From Octopus sinensis (taxonomy: Eukaryota), in assembly GCF_006345805.1 (NCBI RefSeq), contig NW_021832537.1:12936-76935 (forward strand): DNA of 64,000 nt. Direction: 5' to 3'. Below are positions 12,001 to 24,796 of the stretch, piece after piece (position 1 is the first letter of the stretch; every line of letters starts with the position of its first letter). Position numbers and translations under genes: made by a program. Under the pieces are notes generated by a model. The model worked only from the letters and a program-made list of their open reading frames with translations, had not been told where the DNA came from and searched no databases.

Positions 12001-13219
12001 CCTCCGATTGTATTGCACTCATCCACTCCTCCCGGGCATGCTCCACTCTCCTCAGGGCGTCCTCCAAACTGCCAATCTCCCTCAGCCGCCCCTCGTTCTC
12101 CTCCTTCGCACTCTCCAAATTACGTCTGGCCGTCACCACTCAAATTACCTCGCCATTTCTAGTTTTTTGTGGACGTGGACACTCCTTTCCTTCACGCGGA
12201 TATACACTGGCCTCTTCTTCTGCAGATTCCCCTCCTTTCGTACACACAAGGGACATACCAGTTCACGGTAGTTCTGCTCTATTTTGGCCACGTCTCTGCA
12301 CAATTTGGCGTGCTGCTTCTTTTTGTTTTGGACTGTCTCCTCATAGTCCTTTATGTCCGACTGGAGGCACTCGGTCTGCTTGGTCAGCCCCCCCAACTCC
12401 TCCTCCACACTCACAATCATCCGCTCGTTGGATAACAAATTAAACAAGAACTGCTCCACTTTCTTAGTCTCCTGGGGTTGGGGAATGAGGACTCACTTTG
12501 AGGGTGAGTAGGGATATGTATCGCTCGTTCTCGTCCTTCTCCAGTCGGGCCTCCTTCCGCTCTGCCGCCACTCCCCTCTTCCTGTGGTAGTTGGCCTGCG
12601 TCTCCTCATTGGCCTGCGTCATCTCCTGCTTTGAATTGTCGTACTCCTCCTTCCACTCCCGGGAACTGCAACACTCCACTCATCCCCCAACCCACTCATT
12701 TCCTCAAATATGTCCGTCCTTTCCCGCGAATTCTTCATGGCTATGCTCTCCACCGTCCCCTGATAAACCAAAAAGTTTTTGCTCCTCACGAGGATCTTGA
12801 TTTCCTCCAATGCCTGAGTGTAGGCAGTCCAGGCGACTATCTGCGAATGCCAGAGAGAGCCCACTTGGTCGTTGATTTGGTATTCCGAACTGTTCCCCAC
12901 AATAATTCGAGTGAAGACTGTCTCCTGCCCGTCCTCTTGGTAGACCAGCCGCACACATGCCTTCCCCCCCACGGCCTGTCCTATGTGGGCTCCGTGGATT
13001 AGTTCCTTTGTTTGTGGGGGGGCTGTGTACACTCAATCGTCGGACTCGCAGGTGTGAAGTTCTTTCCCCCAAAACAAAGGAGATTGCATCCATCAGGTTT
13101 GACTTTCCCGACCCATTAGGACCCACTATCGCTGTAAAGTTTTTGAAGGGCCCAATCATCTGTTTTCCGGCAAATGATTTAAAATTCTCTATTTCAAGGT
13201 ACTTCAAGAGTCCAGGCAT
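9013..13219 (-). CDS. SMC1: Structural maintenance of chromosomes protein 1 (cohesin SMC1)
   Basis: IENFKSF, Walker [18 protein letters not shown], hinge [19 protein letters not shown], signature [15 protein letters not shown] and Walker B FFVLDEID. Manual splicing gives 21 GT-AG introns of 23-27 nt. Confidence 0.95.
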
Positions 13220-14117
13220 TGCCACAACAACGGACAATCAGAAAATTATATCGAAATACGCGCCTTTAGTTTAAAATATTTATTCACTTTTTAATTTACA
13301 AATTATTTTTAGTTACAATATTGAGATATATTTGGCATTAACACGAATAATAGTTTGGAGGCCTTTCAATGAATTATCAACAACTTGCTAGGAATAGGTG
13401 TAGATACGACTATAAAGTAATGCCGGAATCAGTCTATAAAATGCCGATAATCATGAAGGAATATTTTACTATGATCATTACCGCCCTTGCAGTCAACAAA
13501 CAGAACCTACTTTTTTCAAGAATCTCCAAATCTACTGCCCTGACTGGAAAGAGTGATCCTTGTGGGGGTTGATATGAGAGAGCAGTAATCACTCGAATAC
13601 CTAATTTTATAATTTCCGAAACAGGCATAGGCCGTCAACTGTTTATAGCCAAGGAGTAGTCTGACACTGCTCCACTAGCCTGTACTTTTAGTTTTATTGA
13701 GGTTGTTCTAGATGAGACAAATGATTAGAAGGGAAGCTGGCTGCATGAAGACAGTCTTTGATTTACAGAGCAATACTGGACACATGTCATCGCAGAGGAA
13801 TGCAGGAACAAATTCTTAGTCGGTTGAAAAAATGTGAGCGATTTAAATATAAGAGCGGCAATGAAAATGAGTAGAAGGAGACTTGTCAATACTTAATTGA
13901 ATGTTTGGAATTCCTGGAATAGTTCCTGAATGTCACCCAGATGACAGTGAATTAATAAGCAGGATGCAAGTATGCATATCCTGATTAAGTGTTAATCAGT
14001 TTAGGATAAAACCACGCGAATGAGTGGTGGCCTGTGCTTCCGAGGAGGAAACGGAATTGTAAGTCGATTAAAATCGGCAATAAATTGGGACGATGGCGCG
14101 ATCGACACAATTAGAGA

Positions 14118-15626
14118 ATGAGCATGTACACTGCATCCAAGTACAAAAACCTGAAGGCAGGGGAGGCCATCAATCCATCCTTCGACGATATCAACTTTAA
14201 AAAGACTGACTGCACACTCGCTGCCGGGAGTCAGACACTCATTGCCTTCGTAATTGAGACGAGTGGAGGCTGCTTCATCTATCTGCCCAACAACAAAGTG
14301 CTGTCGTCCCACTCACCCTAGACTGGGCGAGTTGCGCGGGGAATCCCCAAAGTCTGTGCACACAAGAGCGAAATCACCGACATGGCCTTCTACCCCTTCT
14401 CGACCAACATTCTGGCCACATGTTCTGCGGATATGACCATCAAGATCTGGGAACTCCCCGAGGATGGGCTGAAGAAGGACATGGAGGACTGTCTTGTCGA
14501 ACTGACAGGACACCAGCGGAAGGTGACAGTGTTGGTGTGGCACCCGACGACGGAGAACATCCTCATATCGGGAGGTCTGTCGAGTAGTGGTAATACAAGG
14601 CGGTGATCCATTCTGCTATGTGTGGAATGTGTCGACGGGGGAAATGTGTTATCAGGTCGACGTGGGTGACGCCGTCCAGGGAATGACCTTCAACTACGAC
14701 GGGTCGAGGGTTGCCCTCATGACTCGAACTAAGAAACTGTCCGCCTTCGACCCCCGAGAGGGCAAAGTCGAGTCCTCCGTAGTCCATTGTGTGTTCCACG
14801 CAGATTGTGGCCCACGACGGGAATCGGGCCTTCACTCCTGTCTTTCTCAGGAACGGAAATATCTTCACATGCGGAACGAGCAAGAACGGGGACAGGGAGT
14901 TTGCAGTGTGGGCCTCGGTAGCTGTGTTTGAGGAGTGTAGAACGACCTGAGCAAACCGCTCAAGAAAATCAAGTACGACAACAACCGAGGCCAAATGATT
15001 CCCCATTATGAACCGGAACACGATATTCTGTTCATTTTCGGAAAAGTTTGCCAATTCGTGCATTGTCAGGGAGAAACGTTGAGTTGCGCGTTGGAGTTTT
15101 ACGAAAGCGTGCCCTACTTCACTGTCATCACCAATTTCAACCTGACGACTGGGGGCGGCCTGCGGGGGTTCAACGCGTTTCCCAAAATAGCCTGCAAGGT
15201 CTTGGAGTGTGAAATAATGAGGTTACTCTATTTCTGATGCCCAGAGGAATGCGAGTACACTCCAATTCTTGCGAAATTGTCAGTTTCACTGTGCCCAGAC
15301 TGGTCTTGATTGTCCGCTCAATTGATAGTCGAAAGAATTCCAATCTGACTTGTTCGACAAAATAAGGGGAATCACTCCTTCCCAGACGGACAAGGAATAC
15401 TTGGCGGGAAGCAACACCCCGCCGACTATGGTTGTGCCCCACACTGACACACAGATTGACTTGCGCACTGTCAAAACAGAAGGTCTCGTCAAGTCCAAGA
15501 CACTCAACATAAATCTGGCTGCCAAAAATTCGAGCCAAGTGATGCTTGTAAACATTGCAGGTGATGGATCTTGAGGAAAGACTGGCCAATATCGAAAAAC
15601 GCCTTTCCGCATTGGAAAAACAGTAA
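14118..15626 (+). CDS. CORO: Coronin (WD40 actin regulator with C-terminal coiled coil)
   Basis: SKYKNL N-terminus, HKSEITDMAFYPF..LATCSADMTIKIWELP, GHQRKV..WHPT.ENIL, FTVPR, and final exon MDLEERLANIEKRLSALEKQ. Introns are 22-26 nt. Confidence 0.9.
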
Positions 15627-16053
15627 TTCTCATTCTTGTCCTAATCGGTTCGGTTTAATAAGACATTTCTCACACCATTCTTATTAGTTAATAGGATTAA
15701 TCATTGAAAGGGGCCATCTTTCTCCACTTCCTTGGTAATAAAGTATTACTTCCGTGTCCCAACCAAGTTCCCCAAATCTCCTCTTTCCCGACTACTTTTG
15801 CTGATTTGCCCTCCACTCAACTATCCAAAATGAACGGAGCTATCTCAAAAGACAACCCCGTTCATTTTAGTAGAGTCTGGTTAAAAACGACAATAACAAT
15901 CAACATACTCTTCTTTGTGACCCCACTTTATAGTCGATAAAAATGGATAGTTTTGATTAATAAATACAAATTTTATTTTGAATGGTTTGAAAAGTTCCAT
16001 CAAATTGATTGTTGGGAGTTTCACAGTAATTGGTGGTGGACATATCTCCATAT

Positions 16054-17233
16054 ATGAATAGTCCGAACTACACCAGGCAAGTGGGTGTCTCCGACGACAA
16101 CTGTCCTGACTTTACGACGCTGGAACTGTTTGGTAGAATAATCCAGTGGACTGTTAGAAATATCCAACGAGAGATCGAATCTCGGAGTCGAGACCTTCGA
16201 CGACCCAGACCGCAGTCAACTCAACGAGACAGATATCCTAACCAAAGTTCGAATACTGGGAGAAGAGAACAAAAAGTTAACCCGTGTTGGGGAAGATGCC
16301 TCAGAGAAGGTGTGAGTGTGTCCACACTGGCAGATCCGTCACCTGGAACTGCAAAACTCGTCCCTGCAGCAGTTCGTGGAGGACGCAGTGTGTCAGTCGG
16401 AGGACGTGGAGAGGAGGATTGAGGAGTGGGGGAGAAGGGTGGATGATTTAGTGAAGGACAATTGGATGTTGACCCAGCAGGTAGTGAGTGGAGTGATGGC
16501 AGGTGGAGGACATGACCCGTCGTCCCCGATTGGAGGATGTGGCCAAGTGGGAAGTCGAAATGTTGAACTACTTCAAACAACTGACGGAGAGGGTGAACTG
16601 GTTGGAGACAGACAATGCCTCATTGAGAAGACAGTGCAGGGAGATGGAGGATGAGGCAGATATTATGCAACACACCGTACTACTCGTGATGAGTATTAGA
16701 TTACTCATTTGAACGATGCCTTGGAGGACTACCGAAGTCAGTTGAGTGGGGCATACAACACACGACTGGAGGGGGGACATGTCCAACACGAACCCACCGT
16801 GTCACTCCAGTCGGAAATGGACGAGTTGGAGAGAGTGCCGTACGAATATTGTGTATATTGAAGGATGGGGAAAAGTAGACTTTTACGACAACTAGAGACG
16901 GCCAGAATAATCCAGAGGGCTCGGAAATGTCTGTGGGGTATCCCCCAGCCACCCACCGTGCAAGCATCAGTCCACCTCAGGTCAGGGGAGACAGTCCCCG
17001 ACTCCCCCTTTGTGTGCACAACCCCCACCGTGGCAGGAATAGTGCATCGACACACGGCGAGGAATGAGGAGGGGGGGTCGTCCAATCACAAGTCAGGGGG
17101 CAGTTCGAAGGGCTCGTCCTCTGAGGCCAAACAGGGTCTGACCATAATCAAGCCAATTGATGGTGAGTTGGGGGAATATTCGCAGGGTCGACCACAATGG
17201 AAAAGTGGAGAGCCCTCGCTACTCCTGGAATGA
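16054..17233 (+). CDS. Hypothetical coiled-coil protein, weak resemblance to CDR2/BICD-like adaptors
   Basis: GT-AG introns of 22-25 nt join frames into ..VRILGEENKKL..SEKIRHLELQNSSLQQFVE..RVNWLETDNASLRRQCREME..SLQSEMDEL, followed by a low-complexity tail. Confidence 0.45.
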
Positions 17234-17332
17234 GTTCTCTCCTCGGGACAGGCACACCCGGAGTGGTCGGACGCCTTTTTGGCAACACGCCGCACAAATG
17301 AACAGTTTGCTATGTTTATACAACTCAATTTA

Positions 17333-17831
17333 TTAAATGAGATTAAAGAAATCCGTTTTGAGTCCAAACCTGTAGAGACAGGCACTAGAATAGACAACAC
17401 GCCCCACCTCAGCCCGACGAGTATTGGCTGGAGACACAGGGAAGCCCGAGCAAAGAGAGGGAGATTGTCTGGGAATACAAGACGGGTGGTACGTTTGTGC
17501 ACGACGAGGACCACGGCCATGATGATGCTGGAAATGCCGAGAGTGAACCCGAGAATGAGAAGGGAGATGTGCCCCCCACTGATGTCATCTCCCAGTGGAA
17601 TAGAGTTCACCCTCCAATGAGTTAGAACTGTACAGGATGAATGAGAGGGTGGCCATGACACCCACCGTGTAGAAATAGTGAGGAAACTCGGACTGTCCGG
17701 GGTATATGCTGGCCACGAATATCAGCAACGTCCACCCAGTAAAGTGCTGCACTGTTGTTACCAAATTATACACATATTCCGGCCATGTATGCCACTATCT
17801 TGTTCCTCCAGTTGTCTATGAATTCATCCAT
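17333..17831 (-). CDS. TMEM50: TMEM50/Vps68-family membrane protein
   Basis: Four introns (25, 22, 24, 23 nt) yield RNKIVAYMAGICHFTGW..IYP..FPHYFYTVGVMATLSFILVNS..LILGFTLG..LQPILVGLSACLYRFG, collinear with the TMEM50 consensus. Confidence 0.75.
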
Positions 17832-18208
17832 CCCCACAACAACGATAATTCAAAACAATTAATATTTAAGCATTCAAATTGAGAGAATATACAACAGATA
17901 GGCAATGAGAACAACGACACGAAGAAAAATGGAGGCTCACAAGAAACTTGGCACTCTTAGAGAGGATATAGCAAACAATGGATGGTTACGAGATAAACAA
18001 ATTGTGCAACACACGCGTAAAACGAGTCATCAAGTGGTATACCTGGGCACCCACAATGCATGAAATAGTCTAAAGTTATTTCAAAGCACATTTCAAATAC
18101 TCCTATTACATGGGAAATAGAAAGTAACAGCTTATTCGGTCACATCTAGACTATACTTGAGAACACCTCGCATCAGAATAGGGGTTAATATGTTTGGTTA
18201 ATAGAATG

Positions 18209-20372
18209 TTAATTCATTTGTAAAATTCTGTTCTTTTGATTCCTTGCTTCCTCCCGAATGCATTCCGGGAGATCGCATCCGAGTACTTGATGGAGAAAAT
18301 CGATTGTCTCGTTGATATCATCCAAAAGAAAATCCTTATCCAACCTCATCAATTCATTCCAGTCGACATCCAATCCAGCAGTGTCAATTGACCCTAACAA
18401 TGTCTAATAAGTAGATACCCTCCTTGGGGATTATACCCAGCGGACTCTCCGTGCCCAAATCTTTGCCATCCAGTCTGTCCAAAATCCAGTCGAGAACTCT
18501 CGCATTATCGGAGAATCCAGGCCAGAGGAACTTGTTGTTGCCATCAGTTCTGAACCAGTTGACGTGAAATATTTTGGGCATCAGGATTGAGAAAGAGTAT
18601 TACTTGGTTAATGCCATTGTCGAGACTGATCCAGTGGTCGAGGTACCGTCCAAAGTTGTACCCCATGAATGGTCTCATTGCCATGGGGTCGTGCATTATG
18701 GACTTTCCTACAACCATAAGTCCGCGAGGAGACCCTTGAATTCGGCGGCCGACGTGGTTTCTGACTTGAGTTGGCAGCCAATAAAGACCCCGTGAGTCCA
18801 CCCATTTGCTTCGTAGACAAGAGGGATTCCTGAATATCGGAGTACTCAAACCTTTGGGACGACGACCACCAAAGATGATGGCCGAAATGGGGACTCCCTC
18901 GGGGTCCTCCCACTGAGGGTGGATGATGGGGCATTGGCAGGCAGGGGCAGTGAATCGGGAGTTTGGGTGTGCAGCTGGAGTGGTAGCCGTGCTTCGAGAC
19001 CACTCTTTTCCCTTCCAGTCGATCAGCACGTCATCCTAGGAATGACAGACACAAGAACGTCGTTGATGGTGTCTTCGAGCCCGGCCCAGTAAGGACACCC
19101 CTCTTTGGTCAGTCCCACGTTGGTGAATATCGAGTTCTCCTGCATAGTGGCCATCGCGTTCCTGTTCGTCTTCCAATTAGTGCCAGGAGCCACGCCAAAA
19201 AACCCATTTTCTGGGTTGATTGCCCTCAACTGGCCAGATTTGTCGAATCTCATCCAGGCAATGTCGTCGCCTAACATTGGAGGGGAGAGCCGACCTACGC
19301 AACGAACCTTCCTTTCGGGGAAAATGGACTCCATCATGGCCATGTTCGTCTTGCCACACGCACTCGGGAATGCCGCAGCAATGAATTTTTCTTGTCCCGA
19401 TTTATTGGTGATGCCCAAGACCTAGAAAGTAGACCGGCCGACCAACGAGCATGTGTTCGGCCAGCCATCCCTCCCGCCGCGCAATATAACTCCCGATTCG
19501 CAGAGCAAAACACTTTTTGCCCAAAAGAGAGTTGCCGCCATATCCACTTCCGAATGACATTATTTTGTTTTCGTGAGGGAAATGAAGAATGAGGACTTTA
19601 TCAGGATTGCAGGCCCAGGCATACTCGGAGTAGTCTAAATGGAGAAACCCCTCAACTTGCTTCGTTTGTGCGAGGACTGCCCACCGAGTGGATGCACGTC
19701 ACGAAATTGTCCAGTCTGACCATGTCCCATATCGTGTTGCTTATTCTCGTCATTTTGTGCATGTTCAGCACCACGTACCCCGAATCCGTCAACTGAATCC
19801 CGATTTTGCTGTACTCGCTCCCCAACGGCCCCATCATGAAGGGGATGACGTACATCAGACGACCTATTTCCCTCACACACCTCACCTCGCATGCACCCCG
19901 GCCACCTCTTCTCGTTTTCCTCGAGGGCCTGTTCAGGGGACATCCACTGCCCCATCTTTGTCGTGGCGTCCTCACTCCCGTGCGCCACGCTCTCGAACTT
20001 GTCGGGCGTGACGATGAAGGTTTTGGACTCGACACGAGCAACGTCCGCAGGGTCAGTTCTCGCCAGGTAACTGTCGGGTCATTTTATGGCACTTCACCAG
20101 TTGTTCCCCTTCATTTTGGTGATTATTCTCCGCTTCAACAGTCTTTGGGTGATTTCCCGTTCCTCCCGCAAAGACCCGTCGCAAATATAAATTGCCCTCG
20201 GACGGAATTTGGTCACCTACAGATGCCACGAGCAGTCAACATTGTCCATTATCAACTTTTTTACTGACACGGGCAGTCTTGTAAAGTCTCCCTGTTTGAT
20301 CGGGATGGTGAACTGCTCGCAATAAACGTAGTGGACTTCCTCAAACTGTGGGCCCTCATTATCTTCCAACAT
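18209..20372 (-). CDS. PCK: GTP-dependent phosphoenolpyruvate carboxykinase; acidic N-terminus with no obvious presequence
   Basis: [80 protein letters not shown] and NWFR..WPGF. Introns are 22-27 nt and one has a TG acceptor. Confidence 0.95.
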
Positions 20373-21196
20373 TTCAACTGAGCGTGACTTCCTTGTTATA
20401 AAGCTATCAGACGATTAAATAAACCACATATATTCAGCTAAGCCTGATTAATCAGTGACCACAGAGACACCAATGCATTATTGATTGGATTTGTTCTATA
20501 ATTGGTTAGCCCATCTAACTGGGTGTGACTACGTTTAATTGGAATTTAAAATGTATGACTCTTGCGAATAAAGAAGATAGACCACATATATTGGCCATCA
20601 AAACACCATTCCCGGATTACCCCACATCTTCCATTATTACTCGAGGTAGGAAACATATATAATAATACGGCCTTGAATAATCATCCCTCCACTTTGCCTA
20701 ATCGAGAGCAAGTCATGTTGGCAGTCCTTAGAATGATATCACAGAAGGAAATTCGACTGAACAGACTTGTGAGGGACTCCGTTAAAACAGTTTTTGAATA
20801 ATTTAAAAAGTTTGTCAGGCAGTTTCACCTCTCGGTGGATACTTGTGATTTTCTTCGGGTTTGGGGAGCAATCATCATGTCCGCATTGTCTTTCTGTATA
20901 AAGTTGGAATTGTCAGCAATGAAAAAGGGAGAGGTTAGTAATGTAAGCATCATCAGCATTATTAGCACTGTCAGCATTATCCGGACTGTCAGGAATGACT
21001 CCTAATATTTGGATGAAATTTGGAGTTCTCGCACAAGAAATGGATTTTATCAGAAATGGTTGTTAATTCGTTATCAATTATAAATAAACCCAAAATAAAT
21101 ATTAATGTGTACGTGTGATGAGTAATGTCCTCACTATCAACAATCAAAGTGGATTTCAGCAGTGTTGACAAATAAGTGTGCATATTATAGACCCAA

Positions 21197-23657
21197 ATGA
21201 ATGCGGACATTGAAAGCATGTGGGCTGCTTTGAGGACATCCTTGCAGTCCATTCTCCTCAACGAGCTCAATCATCTCAGCTTTGTCGACCTCCACTGCAA
21301 AGCCTACCAAATCACTATCCGCGGACACGGGAATTACTTGTACCACAACGTGAAGGAATTGTTTTACATGCACATCAAACATCACGTGAGGCATTCCTTT
21401 ATTCCAGATTATTCCACAACTCAGCGATTTGACTGGATGTGAGCTCCTCTCAGCAATCAAGTCGACTTATGATCTCTACACGTCCAGAACGAGCATAGTG
21501 GCGGATGTGCTCATGTACATGGTTGGTCCCCCAGACTATTGGAAGGACAAGAGTCTCCAATGTCCACACCCCAGTCTGGTAGGAGAGACATGCCTCCTCC
21601 CCCCACCTATTCACCGGACGTCCATCAATTGCTACCGAGACTCGATATTGCAGGGGGAGACCCTCGGATTATGCACGAGGGCACTCCTCCACATTGTCCG
21701 ACGTTCGAGGACAGACAACACCCCCCTCAGGCACATTCCTCGGAGTATTGTAGTCCCCTCCTTGTCCAAGTCGTCCACATTTTGAGTCAGATGGGGGACC
21801 ACCACTCGGACATTCACCAAGACTGCTTCCTCACTCCATTCTTGGCGGAGACACGAGAATATTACAGGGTTGGACGAGAGTGTGTTCCACTAGAGAGTAA
21901 GGGATGCTGGACTGGCCAGACAATCCACTCTGCACTACTTCTCCACTGTGAGAGAAATGTACGACTCCGAACGAGGACTGATGAGTGGCATGGACTGTCC
22001 TCGCCTGTCTTGTGAAATGACTTTGATCTTCAACCAGGAATTGATAGAACTGGCATCCCCCGCCTACTTGGAGGTAGGACTCCCCACTATGCCTAGTTCC
22101 CAATGGACGGGCTGTTCGAGTTGTGCAGTAGTCGCCGTTATGTGGGTAGGCACTTTGCCTCACTGTAGACTTGGCACATCTCTACTCATTTCTCACTGAG
22201 GTCAATTGCGGACGGGAAGTGTTTCATTCCTTCATGTGCAAACGACTCGAACTGCTCCCCCGCATTCCCAGTTCTAAGCAGCTGTTGGAGACCTGTGACT
22301 CACAAACCTGCACTTTCCACAATTTCAACGACCAGCAGAACATTCGAGTTATCCAAGTATGTGGTTGGGTTAAAGTGGAGATGGCCATTGACTGGCATGA
22401 GGAATATAGACAGATCAAGCATATTGTGGGGAGTTGTAAGTCTTCCCTGGATGCCGTCTTTAGGAAAATACTCGACTGCGTCCCCAACTTGTACTTCAAC
22501 CTTGCCTCCTATTTAAACCACATCATCGGGGACAGTGTATTCTCAGTAATAACAGCAGACGCCCTCTGCACAATATCACGCCCAGTTGGAACATGGTCTG
22601 TCCCTCCTTTCGTTTGTCACCAATCTGGACAGTTTCGAGGCAATCTTCCGGCAAATACTGAGCTACCGTTATTTGTCCTCCCCGCATTCAGTCAACATTG
22701 AGAGAGAGAAGTACGCCGTCGAGCAGTTGACGGTGAGTGGACCCCTCATTCCCAGATGAGTTGTGGCACCAAATTCACTCACAAAATGAGCAGTTATCTG
22801 CAGGACATGGTCAGTTCGCGTGGAGTGAATGATAAATTCAATGACCTGTCGACGTGTGTTTGTGTGCTGACTGGGAGTGTCTGGAATATCACATCACCCC
22901 CAATCAGTCTCCCTCCCCCATTCACCCACTTGTTTGACAATTTCAAAACATTCTACCAATCTTCCTACCCTGACCGGTGTCTTGCAGTCGTCCCAGACTA
23001 TTCCACTGTCGAAATAGAAATAAGTCTGGACAGATCGGTCGTCGTCTCCTGCGACTTGGTCCAGGCACTTGTCCTCCTTTGTTTCAACGACTGCTGTGCT
23101 GTCTCTATTCTGGTTGTATGCATTGGGTATACGTCGACAGTCCCTGAGTCAATGTCTTCAGGTCTCTCAATGCTGTTTGGAGAGTGTTGTGTCGTCCCTG
23201 ATCTCTTCGGGCTTGTTGAGGAAGACCGAGGCACTCCTTGAATTGAACGAGTCGTTCTATTCAGACACAGGCCATGTCAATATTCCCCCAAGTTGTGCCC
23301 CACAATAAAATAGGTGTGATGGGCATGGGTGTTCCCGCGGAGACCATCATCACTAATTCGAGGGTATCCGCCATCTCGGAGAAAGAAAAGTGATTGCATT
23401 GCTTCCTTATTTTCAGAGTGAAGGCACTGATAACGCGTGCTCTCAAGTCTGCAAAGGCAATGAAGCACACAGAATTGTGGGAAATGGTATATTTGTGATA
23501 CAAATCCAAGCTCTCATCAAATTGTGACGTGTCCGTGGCGTGTATGAAGGAGTGCATTGAGAATTTGATTGTTCGCAATTATATACAGAGGGATAAGACT
23601 GATCGGTTCCCCATTAGTTCTAATCGTTTCAGAAATAATTACCTATACTTAATATAG
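21197..23657 (+). CDS. CUL3-like: Highly divergent cullin, closest in motif pattern to cullin-3
   Basis: WAALRTSLQSI..LSFVDLHCKAY, PFLAETREYY, LDSFEAIFRQILSYR..SCGTKFTHKMSSYLQDM, and winged-helix ITRALKSAKAMKH..CIENLIVRNYIQRD. Confidence 0.75.
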
Positions 23658-24459
23658 TTCACCTTTTTAATACTCGATCGAGTGGTTAATATATCCTCCT
23701 CTCTTAAGCATGTTTTTGACAGTGGCAGTTCTGAATTAAAAACAAAGCAACTCTATCTATAAGACAGTTAGAGGGACACCAAATAAAAGTTCGCAACAAT
23801 CTACGTGAGTCTAGACTTGGGGGGGGAATAACCGTTTCCTTCTGGGCGAGAGCGTCTAATGTTGCCCTTCTCATAGGCCAGAGAATATTTTCGACTTTTT
23901 TTAGGTATTTAGAGAGAATTGTCGTTAGACTGGTATTACTAGAGCTATTTATAGCTCCTAGAATTGCAATAAACGGGAGATGAAAATTAATTAGGATTCG
24001 GTTGTGTGATGAACAAAAGGTGGAATAAATTGGCGAGGAATACCCTTTTGGGAATGTATTCTTATTAAAGTTGTGGCACAATTATTTACATGTCTGGAGA
24101 AAAACGGTATTAATAAACTTAGATGACTTGCCTCAATTATGCGGCTATCGGCTGAATTTATGTTCTCTTCTTGATTGTGCTCGACCATTATTTTCTCCGG
24201 GGTTTTTTACACGACTAATGTAGAATCGAGTTCTTTTTGAATAAATAACTTTCAATGTTTCAATCTAGTCGCATCCAAGCATTTTTAGGTCATTTTGTAT
24301 GTATAATGGCAGGGCTGTGCTAGTCTGTCTCAAAAGCAACCGATGCTTAGAAAGTATTATTCTATGAAACACCCATTGCGGCTCCCGCAAAAAGAAATTA
24401 TTGGATTAAAAATTTTTTAATAATTGTTATAAAATTGAATTCCAATTCCTGTTACCGTT

Positions 24460-24796
24460 GTGGATATCTTTTCAAAGTCGAGGATCCATTCTTCCGCCGC
24501 GAACCCTTGTTCGGCTGCAAACCACGCCGAAAAGATCAAAATACAAAAATATTCTTCGCTCGCGGACGGCTACCGCGTTACGCCAATGGCCCTGGAGACC
24601 TCTGGAGCTGCGGGAAAGGAGACTGACTCGTTCCTCAACGAGGTCGGGCAGTCCATTGGGAGGAGGCTCAAGGACACGAGAGAGGGCCTCTGGTTTCGCC
24701 AGCGCATCGGTCTGGCCATTGTTCGCGGCAACGTACACTGCGTCCTTGCCGCAGGGACTTAACGCTTTTCTTCTATCTCTTTGTTTTGAAAAAAAT
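24460..24796 (+). mobile_element. 3' end of a second CRE-clade retrotransposon
   Basis: AANHAEKIKIQKYSSL..PMALETSGAAG..FRQRIGLAIVRGN then stop and a short A-run, homologous to the C-terminus of ORF 42..671. Confidence 0.75.
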
